The notes beneath the pieces are model-generated. The model was not told the origin of the DNA. It searched no databases and saw only the letters and a list, made by a program, of their open reading frames with translations. This document shows, piece after piece, positions 35,751-48,347 of a stretch of DNA of 48,347 bases. The stretch is from Trichinella spiralis. Lineage: Eukaryota. A program made the translations under genes and the position numbers. Each line of letters begins with the position of its first letter. Within the stretch, counting starts at the first letter, position 1. Location of the stretch: the NCBI RefSeq assembly GCF_000181795.1, contig NW_003526947.1, positions 1 through 48,347 on the forward strand, in the 5' to 3' direction.

Positions 35751-37989
35751 CGCTCACGGCGTTCTCTAATCGCTCGCAGAAAATTTGGCCAAGCTTGAGA
35801 TTCAGAAAAAAGAAAATAATAATAAATTTCAACTGAAAACAACATTAATAATAAATAATAATAATAATAACAAAAAAAAATAACAACAATTTTGCAATGC
35901 AATATGTACAACAATACAGCAGCAGTGTGCGTTGAGAACAGTGAGCTAGTACGGGTCAAAACAAATTCGCAGTAGTGATCATCATATTTATTGATGTGAT
36001 ATATCAATGTGACAGAAAAACTGTTTCCTTCAATGTAGCGGCAATATTTTATTAGAAGAGGTGAACCGAATTATTTTGCAACTGTTCATCTCAAGTGAAA
36101 AATGAAAAACCAATCAACCAACCAACTTAACAATTGCAAGTCAAATGTCTGAATAATTGAAAAAGCTTGCAGAGCGCGATACAAACTGTTTCAAAACAAG
36201 CTGATCAAACAAAATTTTATGAGTCACCGTAGCAAAGTGGTGAATCATCATCGTCACCGCAACGACAGCATACTTTTGCAAATGAACATTTCCAAGCAAC
36301 CAAGCACACACCACACAGACATCAATAAAATGAAATATTTTCCAAATCTACCTTTCATTTATTTCAACTTGTCATCCATCAAAGCTCGCCAAGCAGTCAT
36401 TTGATTTTTGAAATTGCTTTTTTTCCCTTCGCCCAAATGGCCAACACCACAACGCACAACTGGCTGATTGGCTGGCAAGCACTGCTCGCTGTCCAGATGT
36501 GCTGCTCTTCGTATCACTATGAAAACTGCTTTTCACTTCGTTATTCTCCTCTACAAGCAGCAGCATGTTCAAGGTGTTCGTTTTTTGTTCTCTGACACAA
36601 AATTCTTTCTGCTATTGTTCCATTACAAAATTTGTCGTCCAAATTTTGTGAACGACAAGCACATAAACACGGCTTGCTAGCACAGCAACTGATCCAATAC
36701 AACAAACAACAACAATCAAATGTTATTTTCTGAACTCTCTTTCGCTTGGCAAGAAAAAAAGCACAGCCAGTCAATTCACGTACAATACATACACATAGGT
36801 ACTGTGAACATTTTTCAACCGACGACTTTTCCAAATTCAACACCGAAACATTCTCACCACAACATTAGCAACAATAACAATCACAGCTGCTCAAGCAAAA
36901 CATCCTCAGCTCCTGTAGAACGAATCTCAACGAAACAGTAATAATAATACAGTAAAAAATTTTTTTCCTCTAACCTATCCTGCGAAATTATTACAAACAA
37001 AAAACTGCATACTGAAAAAAATTGAAATATAGAAATTAATTCAACAATAAAATCCACTAAGAAATGATCATCTTAGAAAATTTCAAAAAAAAAAAATTTT
37101 TTTTCTTTCACTTTTCCCACCCGAAGTGTTGAACTTACATGATGATTAAGTTGAAAAGTGAGAGAAATGAAAATTTCTCATCACCAACGAATTCTGAGAA
37201 CTGCCAAAAATAGGACAAAAATACACCTGCTTGTCACACTCCGTCAAAAGTTCATATTTCTACCGTATTACAGTAACATTTCTTAATAATCAAGTTTGAA
37301 CACAGACCAATCCGTATAAAGGAAGCTGTGCATAATGACAATTCATGCTCATACGAAACTCTAGTTGGCGGAAAAAAAATATCCAACACGGACAACATAA
37401 ACAAATTACCAATATCCATACCGACTTGTTGTATTGAAAGCAACGACAACAACAAGGACACTTTCATTTGATTCATTCAAGGTAATCAATGCCCGCAAGG
37501 AATGCAAACGTCCATTTGGCACAAATAAATTCTTTTTTCATCTATCGCTTGCAGTGGATCTCAAAACGTTACCTAACGGTACTAGATGGGGGAAAAGAAA
37601 TTAAAAACCGCCCAAAGTAAATTTGTGGAATTTCAAAAAAATAATTTTTTCTGCAAATTTCAAACTAAAATTCAATCATTAATCAATCGATCACATTCAT
37701 CTGAAACAAGTGAAAAAAAAAGAAGCACCCACTTTTATTGTTGTTATTATTATTACTGTCAACGACTGAAAATTGTCAAGTCAAACATTCACGATTGTGC
37801 CACTTTGTCTTTTTCATGAACAAAAAATATGCAACTCGACAATTTTTTTAGACAACTCGTCTGACCATGAAACAAAATCTGCTGTTGCCAAATACAAAAT
37901 CCTGAACTTTTTTCAAATTAAATTTAATAGAACACAAAAAAATACACTGCACGCATAATAAATATACTTTGCGTAAATATGTTAATTTT

Positions 37990-38162
37990 TTCACCTGATA
38001 ATTATGGTGTAAATGGAAATTTTTCATTTCAAAACATTCGTTCTATTTTACTTTAAAACAACGGCGATTACAATAATAATAAATGGAGATAATGGTGAAA
38101 ATGGAATTTTAAAATAAAAGATCTATAATAATGCTTGGTGTAAATTGACGGCAGTGTCGAAT
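37990..38162 (-). pseudogene. Duplicated fragment of the glutathione synthetase exon 2 end and intron 2 start
   Basis: Direct repeat of ~32626-32821, sharing cttggtgtaaattgacggcagtgtcgaa. The donor GT is changed to GC and the (AAT)n tract is short. Confidence 0.85.
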
Positions 38163-40164
38163 CTTTTTATTCATTTTGAAATGAATTCATTATAGAACTA
38201 AATAATATATAAATAAAAATAAATTGACAGACAACAATCGAACAAATTATATTACAAAATACAAATAAGCAAAGCATTTCAGCTGACAAATAAAGCATAC
38301 TATAGCAAGTAGTAAGTATAGAAAAAAGAATTAATTTTAATGGTATACCATTCATTATGCTTCATTAGTCACCTTGACAATTGTTTTCAACAAAATACCA
38401 TCATAACGACATAATAAGAAACAGGCAACATGTAGCAAAATGGAAATTTGCTCGCATGGGAAAATGTTATCATGTTAGGAAAAACTGATGATAAATGTTT
38501 AACAGACAGAATTCAGAATTCAATTAGAAATGTGTGAAAATATAGTTGATTTACAAACAACACTGCAGTCGTTTGCACAAGCGCCAAATACCTGATCGTC
38601 AAAGTAGAATTTTTACCGTCACATGCATGAGACAAAACCAAAGTTTGTATTAATTGTATTCAATTCAACATATTTCAAAATTCCACATTTTCAATGGACT
38701 GATATTTGTTGCGTATTTTTCTCACTTTTCCACCATCTATACTATCCAATGTCTTTAATTTTTCATTCAATTATGGACATACTGTGCTATTAAGGAAAAT
38801 CAAGTTTAAAGACTTCATCTTTCACATTACTTCCTTTTTTTCTTTTACTGTTTCAAATGATTTCAACAGTAGTTTTAAAAAACCAAAACTAATTATGCTT
38901 TTCCAATATCGAATAGTGCACACGACACAATGCAATTTTTATTATAATGCTCATAGATGCAGAACAGTTATGCCCTCTTGAAATTGCCTAAAATTTAAAT
39001 TAGATAAAAATGAATTCCGCTTTACAATAGGCACAGCAACAGAAAAGGACTATACAGAACAACAAATTTCAAAAGTATAGCTTCTTTTTGCAACGTTTAT
39101 TCTAGGCGTGAATATTTGCATATTTTATTTTAATACTGTAACATTCGTTGAGAGATAAGTTACATTTATACGTCTATATTATTGAGTTCTTTTTTCAAAG
39201 AGTTCAAATTCAGTCAGACGATCAAAATACATGGACAAAAGAACAAAGAAAAAGTCAAACGACAGCAGTCAAACTAAATAGCCAAAGAATAAATCTGCTA
39301 GCAGCAGGGAACCAACAAATCGAGGTTAAAGATTAAGGTCACAAGCATTTACCTGTGACGTAGGAGAGACATGGAATAAATGGCAAAGTAGCATTCTGCT
39401 GAAAGCAAACGCTGGTTTCATAAAAAATTTACTAGCCTACAAATTATCCCCTCAGAGACCGAAAATGTCAGCATAAAATGAATGAACAACTGATGGAATA
39501 CATTCCTGATAGTTAATTTCTAAATGAAACTTAGTTATCAATTTATTGATGTATAACTGCATCAATCATCAAGAATGGGCAGATCAGCAAAAGAACCTTC
39601 AAAACAAAACACACACACATACAGTGCATATAATTAAACAGGAAAAAATGGCTTGTTCTTGAAATTACATAGCAGACAAAAGATCATACCGACACATTTT
39701 TAATGGCATAATGCAAAATACATAATTATAGTTTTAAAAAAGTATGCTAAAAAATCTTTATTATTGAGTCATCTAAAAATAGATTAAAAAAATTAAACAA
39801 TAATTTTAAATATACAAAAGAAAGGATTTTCCATATTCATATATATAAAGTATAGAAAAAAGTTGTACGTGTATTGGCAACGAAATTGATATTGAAATAA
39901 CGCATCAATTGTATAGCAACTTGGATGGGAGATAAAGTTTGTCGTAAATAAAAGGCAATTTTAATTTATAAAAAAAAATTTTTTTTTGTTAAATAACAAT
40001 TCAATCATTCCGTTCCCAACGATATGCAATTTAATGATACCAGCATACGCACTGTATGACATGTATTGAACATGATGAAAAAAGATAAACATAAAAAGCA
40101 TACATATAAATAAATATTTTAATATTATTCTCAACGTTAGTAATTTTGAAACTTGTGTTTTGTT

Positions 40165-43100
40165 TTAAAATTTCCAATACTGGGAAAGTTTTTGAAAATC
40201 ATTCATAATGCTTTCACAGTTTTCATGTTCTCGCAAACTTTGCAACTGAGTTATGTAAAAAGACAAATCGCCTCCCCACTGTTCTCTGAGAAGATCCCTG
40301 AATAAAAAAAACAAATTATAAATTATAAATTAAAATTGATAATTGAAGTGAAAAGTAGAATGAATTGGAAAAATTTATTACAACAGTTACCTTTTCGTAG
40401 TGCCCATATCCTCCATTTGCTGTTCCTTTTCCCACAAGCAACGCGCACAGTGATACATATTTCCAATTAAGAACATTTTAAGCGCATTATCTTGATTTCC
40501 ATATTCTATCTAAAAATAAGTAAAAAAACAGTCATCAAATAGAAAACTAGAATGCATTCAATTAATTAATTGTTTTAATTTTCTGTAATCCCTTACATTC
40601 ATTTATCAAATTAGTTAAGTAAGTTTTAACAAGTTTAATAAATAAAGTAAAGAATAATTTGACGACAAGTTGAATCTGAGTACCATAACGCGGTAAATTG
40701 CATCGATGCGAGTCATCACCGTTCCAATCGGTATTGACATCTGCTCTACTGTACGTGCCAACCAATTGTCAGCGAAACCACCTTGAAATGCCAATTTCAA
40801 AAGCATGCTTACGACAAATCCTGAACAAAACAAAAAAAAGAAAAGAAATCGTTCGTTATTTATTATTTGCTTCACAAAAAAAAGGTAAAACAACACCAAC
40901 CGGCAGGAAAATAACGTGGTGAATTGACAAAATGATGCGAAACAAACACCAGCTTAGCGGTCATTAAGCAGGGTAATTCTTCCAATCCTTCAGCCATGCA
41001 AGTTCGAAATTCTCAAATTGATAATAAATTAATAATCAACAATGATAAATGACAAATAAAATTATATATTTATTTTTTTTTCAACCTTTGCTTATAATTT
41101 CTCTCCACAATTGATCGACAATTTGGGCGTCGTATTGCGAACAACATTGCATAATGGCAAGCTTGCATTCTGGCAAATCAAATTCTTCAGCAAAATCATA
41201 AAGCTGAAAACAAAAAGAAAAATAAAATAATTTATTATTAAAAAAAAATAATAAAACCTTGTTGGCATCTTGCATTTCGTAATTCAAGCAATCGCAAACT
41301 TGAATAGTTCGTTCGGTCAGGTTTTCTTTTCTCAACAATGTCAGCATGCTTTTTTGCATTTTCAATATCTGAAGAAACAATCCATTCAAATAATAAACTA
41401 ACTACTACTGTAATAAAAGTTTGTCAAACATGATCAAAAAAATAAAAAAAAGAAGAATTTACATCCAATTGATCTTCCAAATATTGCTCGAAACTGCGAT
41501 TCTCTTTGCCCGCCTTAATGCAAAGTACCGCCCGTATGGTGAATTCAATTCGCCTGTCAATGTCGTACTTTTTGCTAAAAAAAAATGCAAATTTTTCCAG
41601 TGCAAAAAAAAACAAACAAACAACACGTACGAATATTCTGCTGCGAGCTTTTGCAACAATTTAGCCGCCTGGAGGAATTTCTTCTGATGTTCCAAAAATC
41701 TCCACAACAAATTCACATAATCTTCATTATCTTTCTCCTTTTGCTGCAATTTCATTTGCAAATAATCTTCAAAATGTGGCGAACCAGACTATAATAATTG
41801 ACACTTTTTGTTTTCATCGAAATGGAAATAATAATAATGTAATAAATTAAAAAACTTACTTTGAGCATGTCGTCTTGAAAATCGTACTGGAACAGCCAAT
41901 CCAGCAAAACATAATGCAAAATACAATCATCACAACTCCAACACATGCTCAACACTTGATCCCACTATAATAAATTCAACCAACATTCAACATTAAACAA
42001 ATGTATTTAAAAAAAATATATATATTAAAATAAAAAACAAACAAATAAATTGACAAACCAAACTGCGTTGGCTAGTTGTAAATGATTCATTGGCCGTTGC
42101 GACGCTTTTGTCGACTTCGTCGCGCAAACTTGCAATCGCGCGAATTACATAATCATAACAGAGTAGTCTAAAAAAATAAGAACTATGTATATTTTTTTTC
42201 AATGAACAAAATTAAATTGGCGCATTATCGTATAGTAGATGGACCGTTTGGTGAGTATTTCCGGCATTTGGATGTTGTTGTTGTCGGCTTGTGATTGCAT
42301 GAAATACAAGTGCCGGTGATAAAAAGCCGAATCGGTTTTGTCGATGCACTTGGCTACCGAACATGCGAGTTGAACAATTCCCTTGTAAAATTTACCTTAA
42401 ACCAAATGAATGAATGAAGCATAGCCGCTTTGAACAGCTGAGTGATGCAAATTTTTGCCACTCCAACCGCTGGATATGTCTGTCGGCTTACATTGTTGAA
42501 AAATTTTACAAGCCGTGTCGAGGTCGACCTGATCTCCTATGGTCAAGTACAAATCCAAAGCATTTTGCAACAATTCACGCCTTTTCAACTCATTTTCCGC
42601 TACTTGGGCCAATTCCATCAGTTCAGCCGCCTGAAAAATATTCAACATCAAGATAATAATTAAAAAAAGCAATCAACCAATCAGCGCCAAATTTTTTTGA
42701 AAAAAAATCTCCAACTAACTCTAGCAGCCGCAGCATCGTCACGGGTGAACAACGTCGGACATTTGGTTCTCAAATCGGCCGTCAACATGGACGCAGTTGC
42801 CTGATCGTCCAAATAAACGCTAATCAACGCGTTGATTATTGCAGAAAAGATCTGAAAAGTTGAGCATTAAAATTAAATCATTTTTTTTAACTGATCAAGA
42901 GAAAAAAAAAACTTACTAATTTATCCGGAGTCAACAAATCTCGCAGTGTTGTACTGACGAGTCGATTTTGAACTTCCTAAACAAATTGACAAAAAAAAAT
43001 ATTCAAATTACACAATTTGAAATGAAAAATCAAGATGGAAATAAATATCGTCAAAATTCACTTCTGTTAATGATGCAGCAATCACGTGCACTTGATGATC

Positions 43101-46100
43101 GAGCAATGTACGCCACAAATGCAACACTTCCTGTGTCAAAGTGACCAAACTGTGCAATTTCAACAACGACTGTTGTTCCATCTGTTTAGCTAAAAGAATA
43201 AGAGAAATAGAATACAGTAAGTATTCAAAAAAAGCAAATAATAACAATAAAGAGATAACCAAACTACCAGTACCTTCTCGCAATCCCAGATCTCCTTCAG
43301 GAGTTCCAAACAAGCCGGCAGAAAAATTCCATGTCACAGTTCTGAAACAAACAAATTTAAATAAATTATATTCTGCTAACAAAGAGAGAGAGAGAGAGAG
43401 AGATTTTGTCTATATATACATACGTCATCTCCAATTCTTCCTGGTCTTCATCGATTAAAACGCGCATCGCAGCATCCAATAGTACACGAGAAAAATTGTG
43501 CAACTGTTTCAAGTAGTCAGTAATTTCCTTCGGGCTGATCAAACTTTGTATCTAATGAAAAGAACCATTTAACCAATCAAAAAACATTGAGATAAACAAA
43601 AACAAAAAATGACTCACTACCGAGCGTATTTTTCCAGAAGAATCAGCACAGTTGCGCACAGTAGCCAACGGTGAATTCCAATAATATCTGAATTTGATCA
43701 AAAAAGATTCTCCATTTTCTCCTTGCAATATATTTGTTGAATGCTTTATTTACCCGATTATTCTTGAAAAATAAAGATAAAAGGCATTGTGTCGGAAACT
43801 GAATCGAATATCCACATATCCTCTGGAAGCGACGTGAAAACAGGATGACGTGATAGCCAAATCGCCCGAACCAGCTGTCTCGGCTTCAGCTGAACGCTGC
43901 TGCTGCAGTAAAAGCTGCTGCTGTTGCTGTTGATGCTGCTGAACAATGCTCAAACGACGATGGTACAGAGGACGCAACGGTGTCGAATGACGCACTAAAA
44001 AGCGAAAATTATCATTTATTATACAGTAGAATTTTGAATTTAAATAAAATTCATAAATAAACTGACTGTTCACTCACTCAAATAGGTCTGCTCTTGAACA
44101 TCCCAAGTGGGAGCTCCTCGATGAAAAACCATCAACTTCACCGCCAACGCCATCATCTACAAAAATACGAAGAACAGACAGATGCTTGGGATTGTAGAAA
44201 ATTATGAAGAAAACAACATTGAACAAACAAACCTTGGCATCGGGATGTTCATCTCTGCACAGCAGGTTCAACGCAACACAGCAAATTTCCACCGGCTATA
44301 TTCAAATAAACGAAAGCGTATAGGAAAAAAAACACAGCACTGACCGGTGTGATTAATAAATAATAATAATAATAATAACAACTAACTCGTTGAATTCGAT
44401 AAATATTTTCTGCTGCAAACGACGCAGGTCCAAAGTGATTCAATATTTGCAAAACAATCGTCGATCGACTGCGACTTTCGAATATTTGAATGCACTGTAA
44501 AAAAAATCAAATAAAATTGAAACAATAATACAGGAAAGAAAATTGTACGATATGTTGTGGATAAAAAATTTTTTTTCAGCATGTGAACAAAAAAAAAATA
44601 AATAAATAAATTGCAAAATTTACACATCAGCGAAAAAGTTTCAACACGTACGTTGTTGGTCATAATTAAAAATCGCTCGGAAAGTTGCCTGTGTACAGCA
44701 GGCTCTCGTGGTGGATTGAGATGTCTCTTCATGCACGGTTGCAATGGCCTAATCTCGGCATCAGTCGGCATCCACTTACACGGTGGTATTTGTCTAATAA
44801 AGACCGTCTGTCCCCAAAGAGAAATTTTTGTCTAAAAATATAAACACAAATTCAAATAATAATTATTAACATCAAAACAGTGCGTATAATTATTGTTAAT
44901 ATCTTTTTCTCAACAATACGAGATGATTGCTTACAAAAGTTTCTGATATTTTCGGATAAGTGTAAAACAACTTTCCACTCAAACACCAAATAACATCCGA
45001 ATCGTCATTCGCTCGTTCAATGAACAACGACATCCCTATAAGAATTAATGCAAATAAAAACAAATTTTGAAAAAAAAATAAATCGAAATTTGAATTTAAT
45101 ACCTGCATTGCAATGAGCATGAATGATGGATTTCGGCTGTTGCACGTCGCCGGTGACATCGTAACCGGGCGGCAGACGAATATGAACCAACGTCAATGCA
45201 CACGGTCTTGTCAAGATGTCAACTTGCTGCTCATCATTTGGCAAACCAACATTAGCTTGACAAGTGAAATACAATCGTAAACCTATACAAGGAAAAAAAA
45301 TTATATACAACAACAAATAAATAAATAAAAGTTACCTTTGGAAGTGATTGCTATCAAATTCAAAAATTTCGATTCACAACTATATATCGGACATATTGAA
45401 ATCACCGGGGTCAACTCGATCGACATGATTTTGCTTAAAATTCAAAAAATATCAATTTTGCAAAGCAAATCAAAAAAACAGATATGTATATCCTGTTTGC
45501 TTTCGTACTGGAGAATTTTTTCAGCAGCATGCTCAATATCCCTGTAACTCACGTATGCGACTTGATTCATACAGTCGCCCTCAACGCCCAGATCGTACAG
45601 TTCAATGGCGCCACTTTGATGAAGAGCGTAAAGTATGTTTCTACTTTCGTCACACACGATCTGTTTCACTTCGTCTGAAATGTTTGTTGTTAATTGGTCA
45701 TTTTCTTCTATTCAAAAGCAAAAATGATCAAGTATAAAAATTTCAATCTACCAGAACCCATAACTGCTAACAAAAGCTGCGGCATGAACGACGTGATGAT
45801 GTTCAACGAATGATTTTTCAACCAACACGACTTTCCAAAATACGGTCGATTCTAAACCAAATATAAATTAGCTATCAATTTGCTACCTACAATGGTGACA
45901 AAAGAACAAATTTTATCTACAAACTCATCTATTCCACCACTGCTCACAGTTTAAACATTGAACAAACACTTGATTGAACGCAAAATTGCGAAACAAAAAA
46001 AATATTAATAAAATACCCAACTGCAAGTGAACCAACCCTTTCTTTTCTTTGCTGATCACATTTCTCAAAGTTAAAGTCATGCACAACTTTTCCAATTCGT

Positions 46101-47672
46101 TGAAATTTCATTTTTCCATCAAACACTTTTCAATTATTATTCAATTTATTCTCACAAAACCCAGCGGCACACTTGTCCACTTCTCTGCATATTTGAACTT
46201 TCAACCGACCATTAATACTAATCACTTACTTCTTCACATAAACTTCCAATACAACAATACAAAAAAAACGAACTAAATAAATACATCATTACACATTTAT
46301 ACAATTTTATTCAAACATTCTACATCATCCAAAAAATTAAAAATTCCATTTAAACAAAACAAGCAAGTTCCCCCTAATTTCCAGTTTCTGATAATATTGC
46401 AAAAATATTCAATCTGATAAAAATAAATATTTCAATGGTTATTATTTAATATTAAAAAGAGAAAAAGAAATATATATATACTACCCTGTAGATAACTTCG
46501 CATATGTAACCGGCTGTGGTTCCGAGAAAAATTCTTCCATTATGCGTGCAATACACGTGTGTAACGATCATTTTTTGCAAGCCGACCGTAAACAACGGAC
46601 GCGGTTGCATGTGCAACTGTGTGTACGTCCCATTCCACTGATCTGTAAATAAAAATTAAAACAAAACATGGTATTGTCTAAGCATCACTGAAATCAATGT
46701 AACACACCAGGCACTCTTGATTCGGAAAATGATAATCCGTGCAAGAATACATTCGACGTGGTGACAATGCACAAAAGATAGCTTGGCTTTCCGGCTAATC
46801 GAACACCAGACTTCACTTTTGCACAGGCAACAGTGCAAATAGTCTCGACCAGACCATCGAAAAAGGACAATTCTGAACTAAATGCGATATATTTCACTAT
46901 AGAGCAATTGTAATTACAAAAAAAATTCCAAATTCTCATCACTTGTTCTCGTAATTCCAGACGTACAAGTTCGAGTTGATGCTTGCCCAGGCGTAGCCGA
47001 TTTCTTCCATAACACCCATATTGTAGCCTGTTGAAAGGGCTGAAAGTGCAACAAATTATAAATTATTAAACAAATACAGGATAATCACATAAAAATTCAT
47101 CTATCAATTCGCTAGGATGATTTCTTCTTATCAACAGCTCAATTTCTTGAACATTCGGAGCTGAAAACGTATCATACGTGACATAGTCCGAAGAACTGTA
47201 GCCGCTGCTGTCAATTATTTCTAAAAAGAAACAAACAAATAAATAAATAAATAAATAAATTTGATCTGAAACAGGTAACAACCAAAAATGTAACCAACTT
47301 TGCATATTACCAGAAGTGGAAGTGAAATTTTTCCACCAAGGATCGTAAACTTTTCGGTCATAATCGATGCACTGATTGATCATTTCCGGTGGATTACCGC
47401 TTAATTCAACCACAGCACCTCGGTTCGGTCCGATCGATTTGTCAAACATACGATCGCTCATCAGACTACTGATCACATGTGATGGGGAACGTTGTTGGCA
47501 CGGAGATAGCGATGTCACCGAACTCATACTCACGTCTAAGGATGTTGCCTCCGCCTGCGCTTCAGAAGTACTGCCACAAAATGAAAAAGTTTAAAACTTT
47601 TCGCGTAAACCCATCGCACATTTTTACTAAAAACTGAACTCACTGAAGCAATTCTTCTTGAACAAATGACAT
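40165..47672 (-). CDS. NUP155: Nuclear pore complex protein Nup155 (Nup170/NPP-8 family), roughly 30 exons; only the terminal exons were resolved exactly
   Basis: Start MSFVQEELLH at 47672. Motifs MGVMEEIGYAWASINSNLYVWNYE, FFDGLVETI, QIVCDESRNILYAL, GLRLYF, LTLVHIRLPPG, SFRHNAFYLYFSRI, LHYVLLDWL, LLWRFLE, LYDFAEEFDLPECKLAI. The last exon ends DFQKLSQYWKF* with TAA at 40167-40165. Confidence 0.93.
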
Positions 47673-48279
47673 CCTAGCAGAGAAAACTGAAAGATAAAAC
47701 AACTGCGAGAGAGTTTATCACCTAAAATATACTGTTTTATTATTCTATTTCATCGTGCGGTAGGGTACAATAATATTATATAAAACAAGTTTGCTATAGA
47801 GACCAAAAACTTTTAAAGAAAATATTCCACTTCCACAGACTGCTGAAAAAATTCAAAAAATTACAGGTCGATACAGTAAGAACCATATAATTTGTTAATC
47901 ACGTTCAACTGTGATAGTACTGTTATTTAAGAAAATAATATTTAAATTTAATTTCAAAACAATTTCTGTTTACAAAACAAACCGTTACTTTATTAAACTT
48001 TAATTATCATAAAAATATTATTCAAATACAAAAAAATAAAGCAAGTCAAGTACAATTAATGACTAAGAAACAAAAGGGGTTACTGTAAACTTTTGTCGAA
48101 CATTCATGCAAGGCATATTTCTGGTCTTTAACGTTTATTCAAAAACAGATGCGAACACTAACAACACATACACACACACACACACACAAGCTAACCAGAC
48201 AATTTCATTCACACACTCTCTCAAAGCGCCGCAATCGCGCTCCCACTGTTTGTAAATAAATTTGTTGACCGTTGAAATT

Positions 48280-48347
48280 TAACAAGATTTGATGTAAACT
48301 TCCGGGTGAAATGTCACAATGCTGAATAATTTGCTTGAAAAATCTGG
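48280..48347 (-). repeat. Start of another MULE-family copy (inverted homolog of 5271-5340), running off the window end
   Basis: The reverse complement ccagatttttcaagcaaattattcagcattgtgacatttcacccggaagtttacatc matches 5272-5328. Confidence 0.8.

Noticed and set aside
36350..36400. Short ORF MTAWRALMDDKLK* and ATG AAA G|GT upstream of the caspase, as an extra coding exon or uORF
   Set aside because: An in-frame TGA precedes the CARD ATG at 35750, and there is no evidence this region is part of the transcript.
37139..37197. ATGATGA...CTGA resembling C/D snoRNA boxes
   Set aside because: Only ~59 nt, no terminal stem and no convincing rRNA antisense element; such motifs occur by chance in AT-rich DNA.
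1..48347. CRISPR arrays, rRNA or intact tRNA genes
   Set aside because: No regularly spaced repeat-spacer array, rRNA-like sequence or complete cloverleaf was seen, and the DNA is eukaryotic.

Overview
AT-rich eukaryotic genomic DNA with short introns and three N gaps. Gene content, intron size and transposon repertoire suggest a clade I nematode such as Trichinella (inference, not verified). The left ~30 kb is mostly nested transposon remnants: BEL/Pao and Gypsy fragments, a solo LTR, two piggyBac remnants plus a piggyBac MITE, hAT and Tigger remnants, and several copies of a large Mutator-like (MULE) element carrying an unidentified decayed ORF. That half also holds a cyclin L gene and a small orphan membrane-protein gene with a pseudogene copy. 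The right ~18 kb holds three minus-strand genes in tandem: Nup155, a CARD caspase (ced-3-like) and glutathione synthetase. The most notable observations are: a MULE end that supplies the cyclin L C-terminus and stop codon; candidate poison exons in cyclin L intron 3; a possible Pack-MULE capture of the orphan gene; a PGBD3-like piggyBac with a MER85-like palindrome; and a non-canonical substrate loop in glutathione synthetase. All alignments and exon structures were made by eye; no searches were run.
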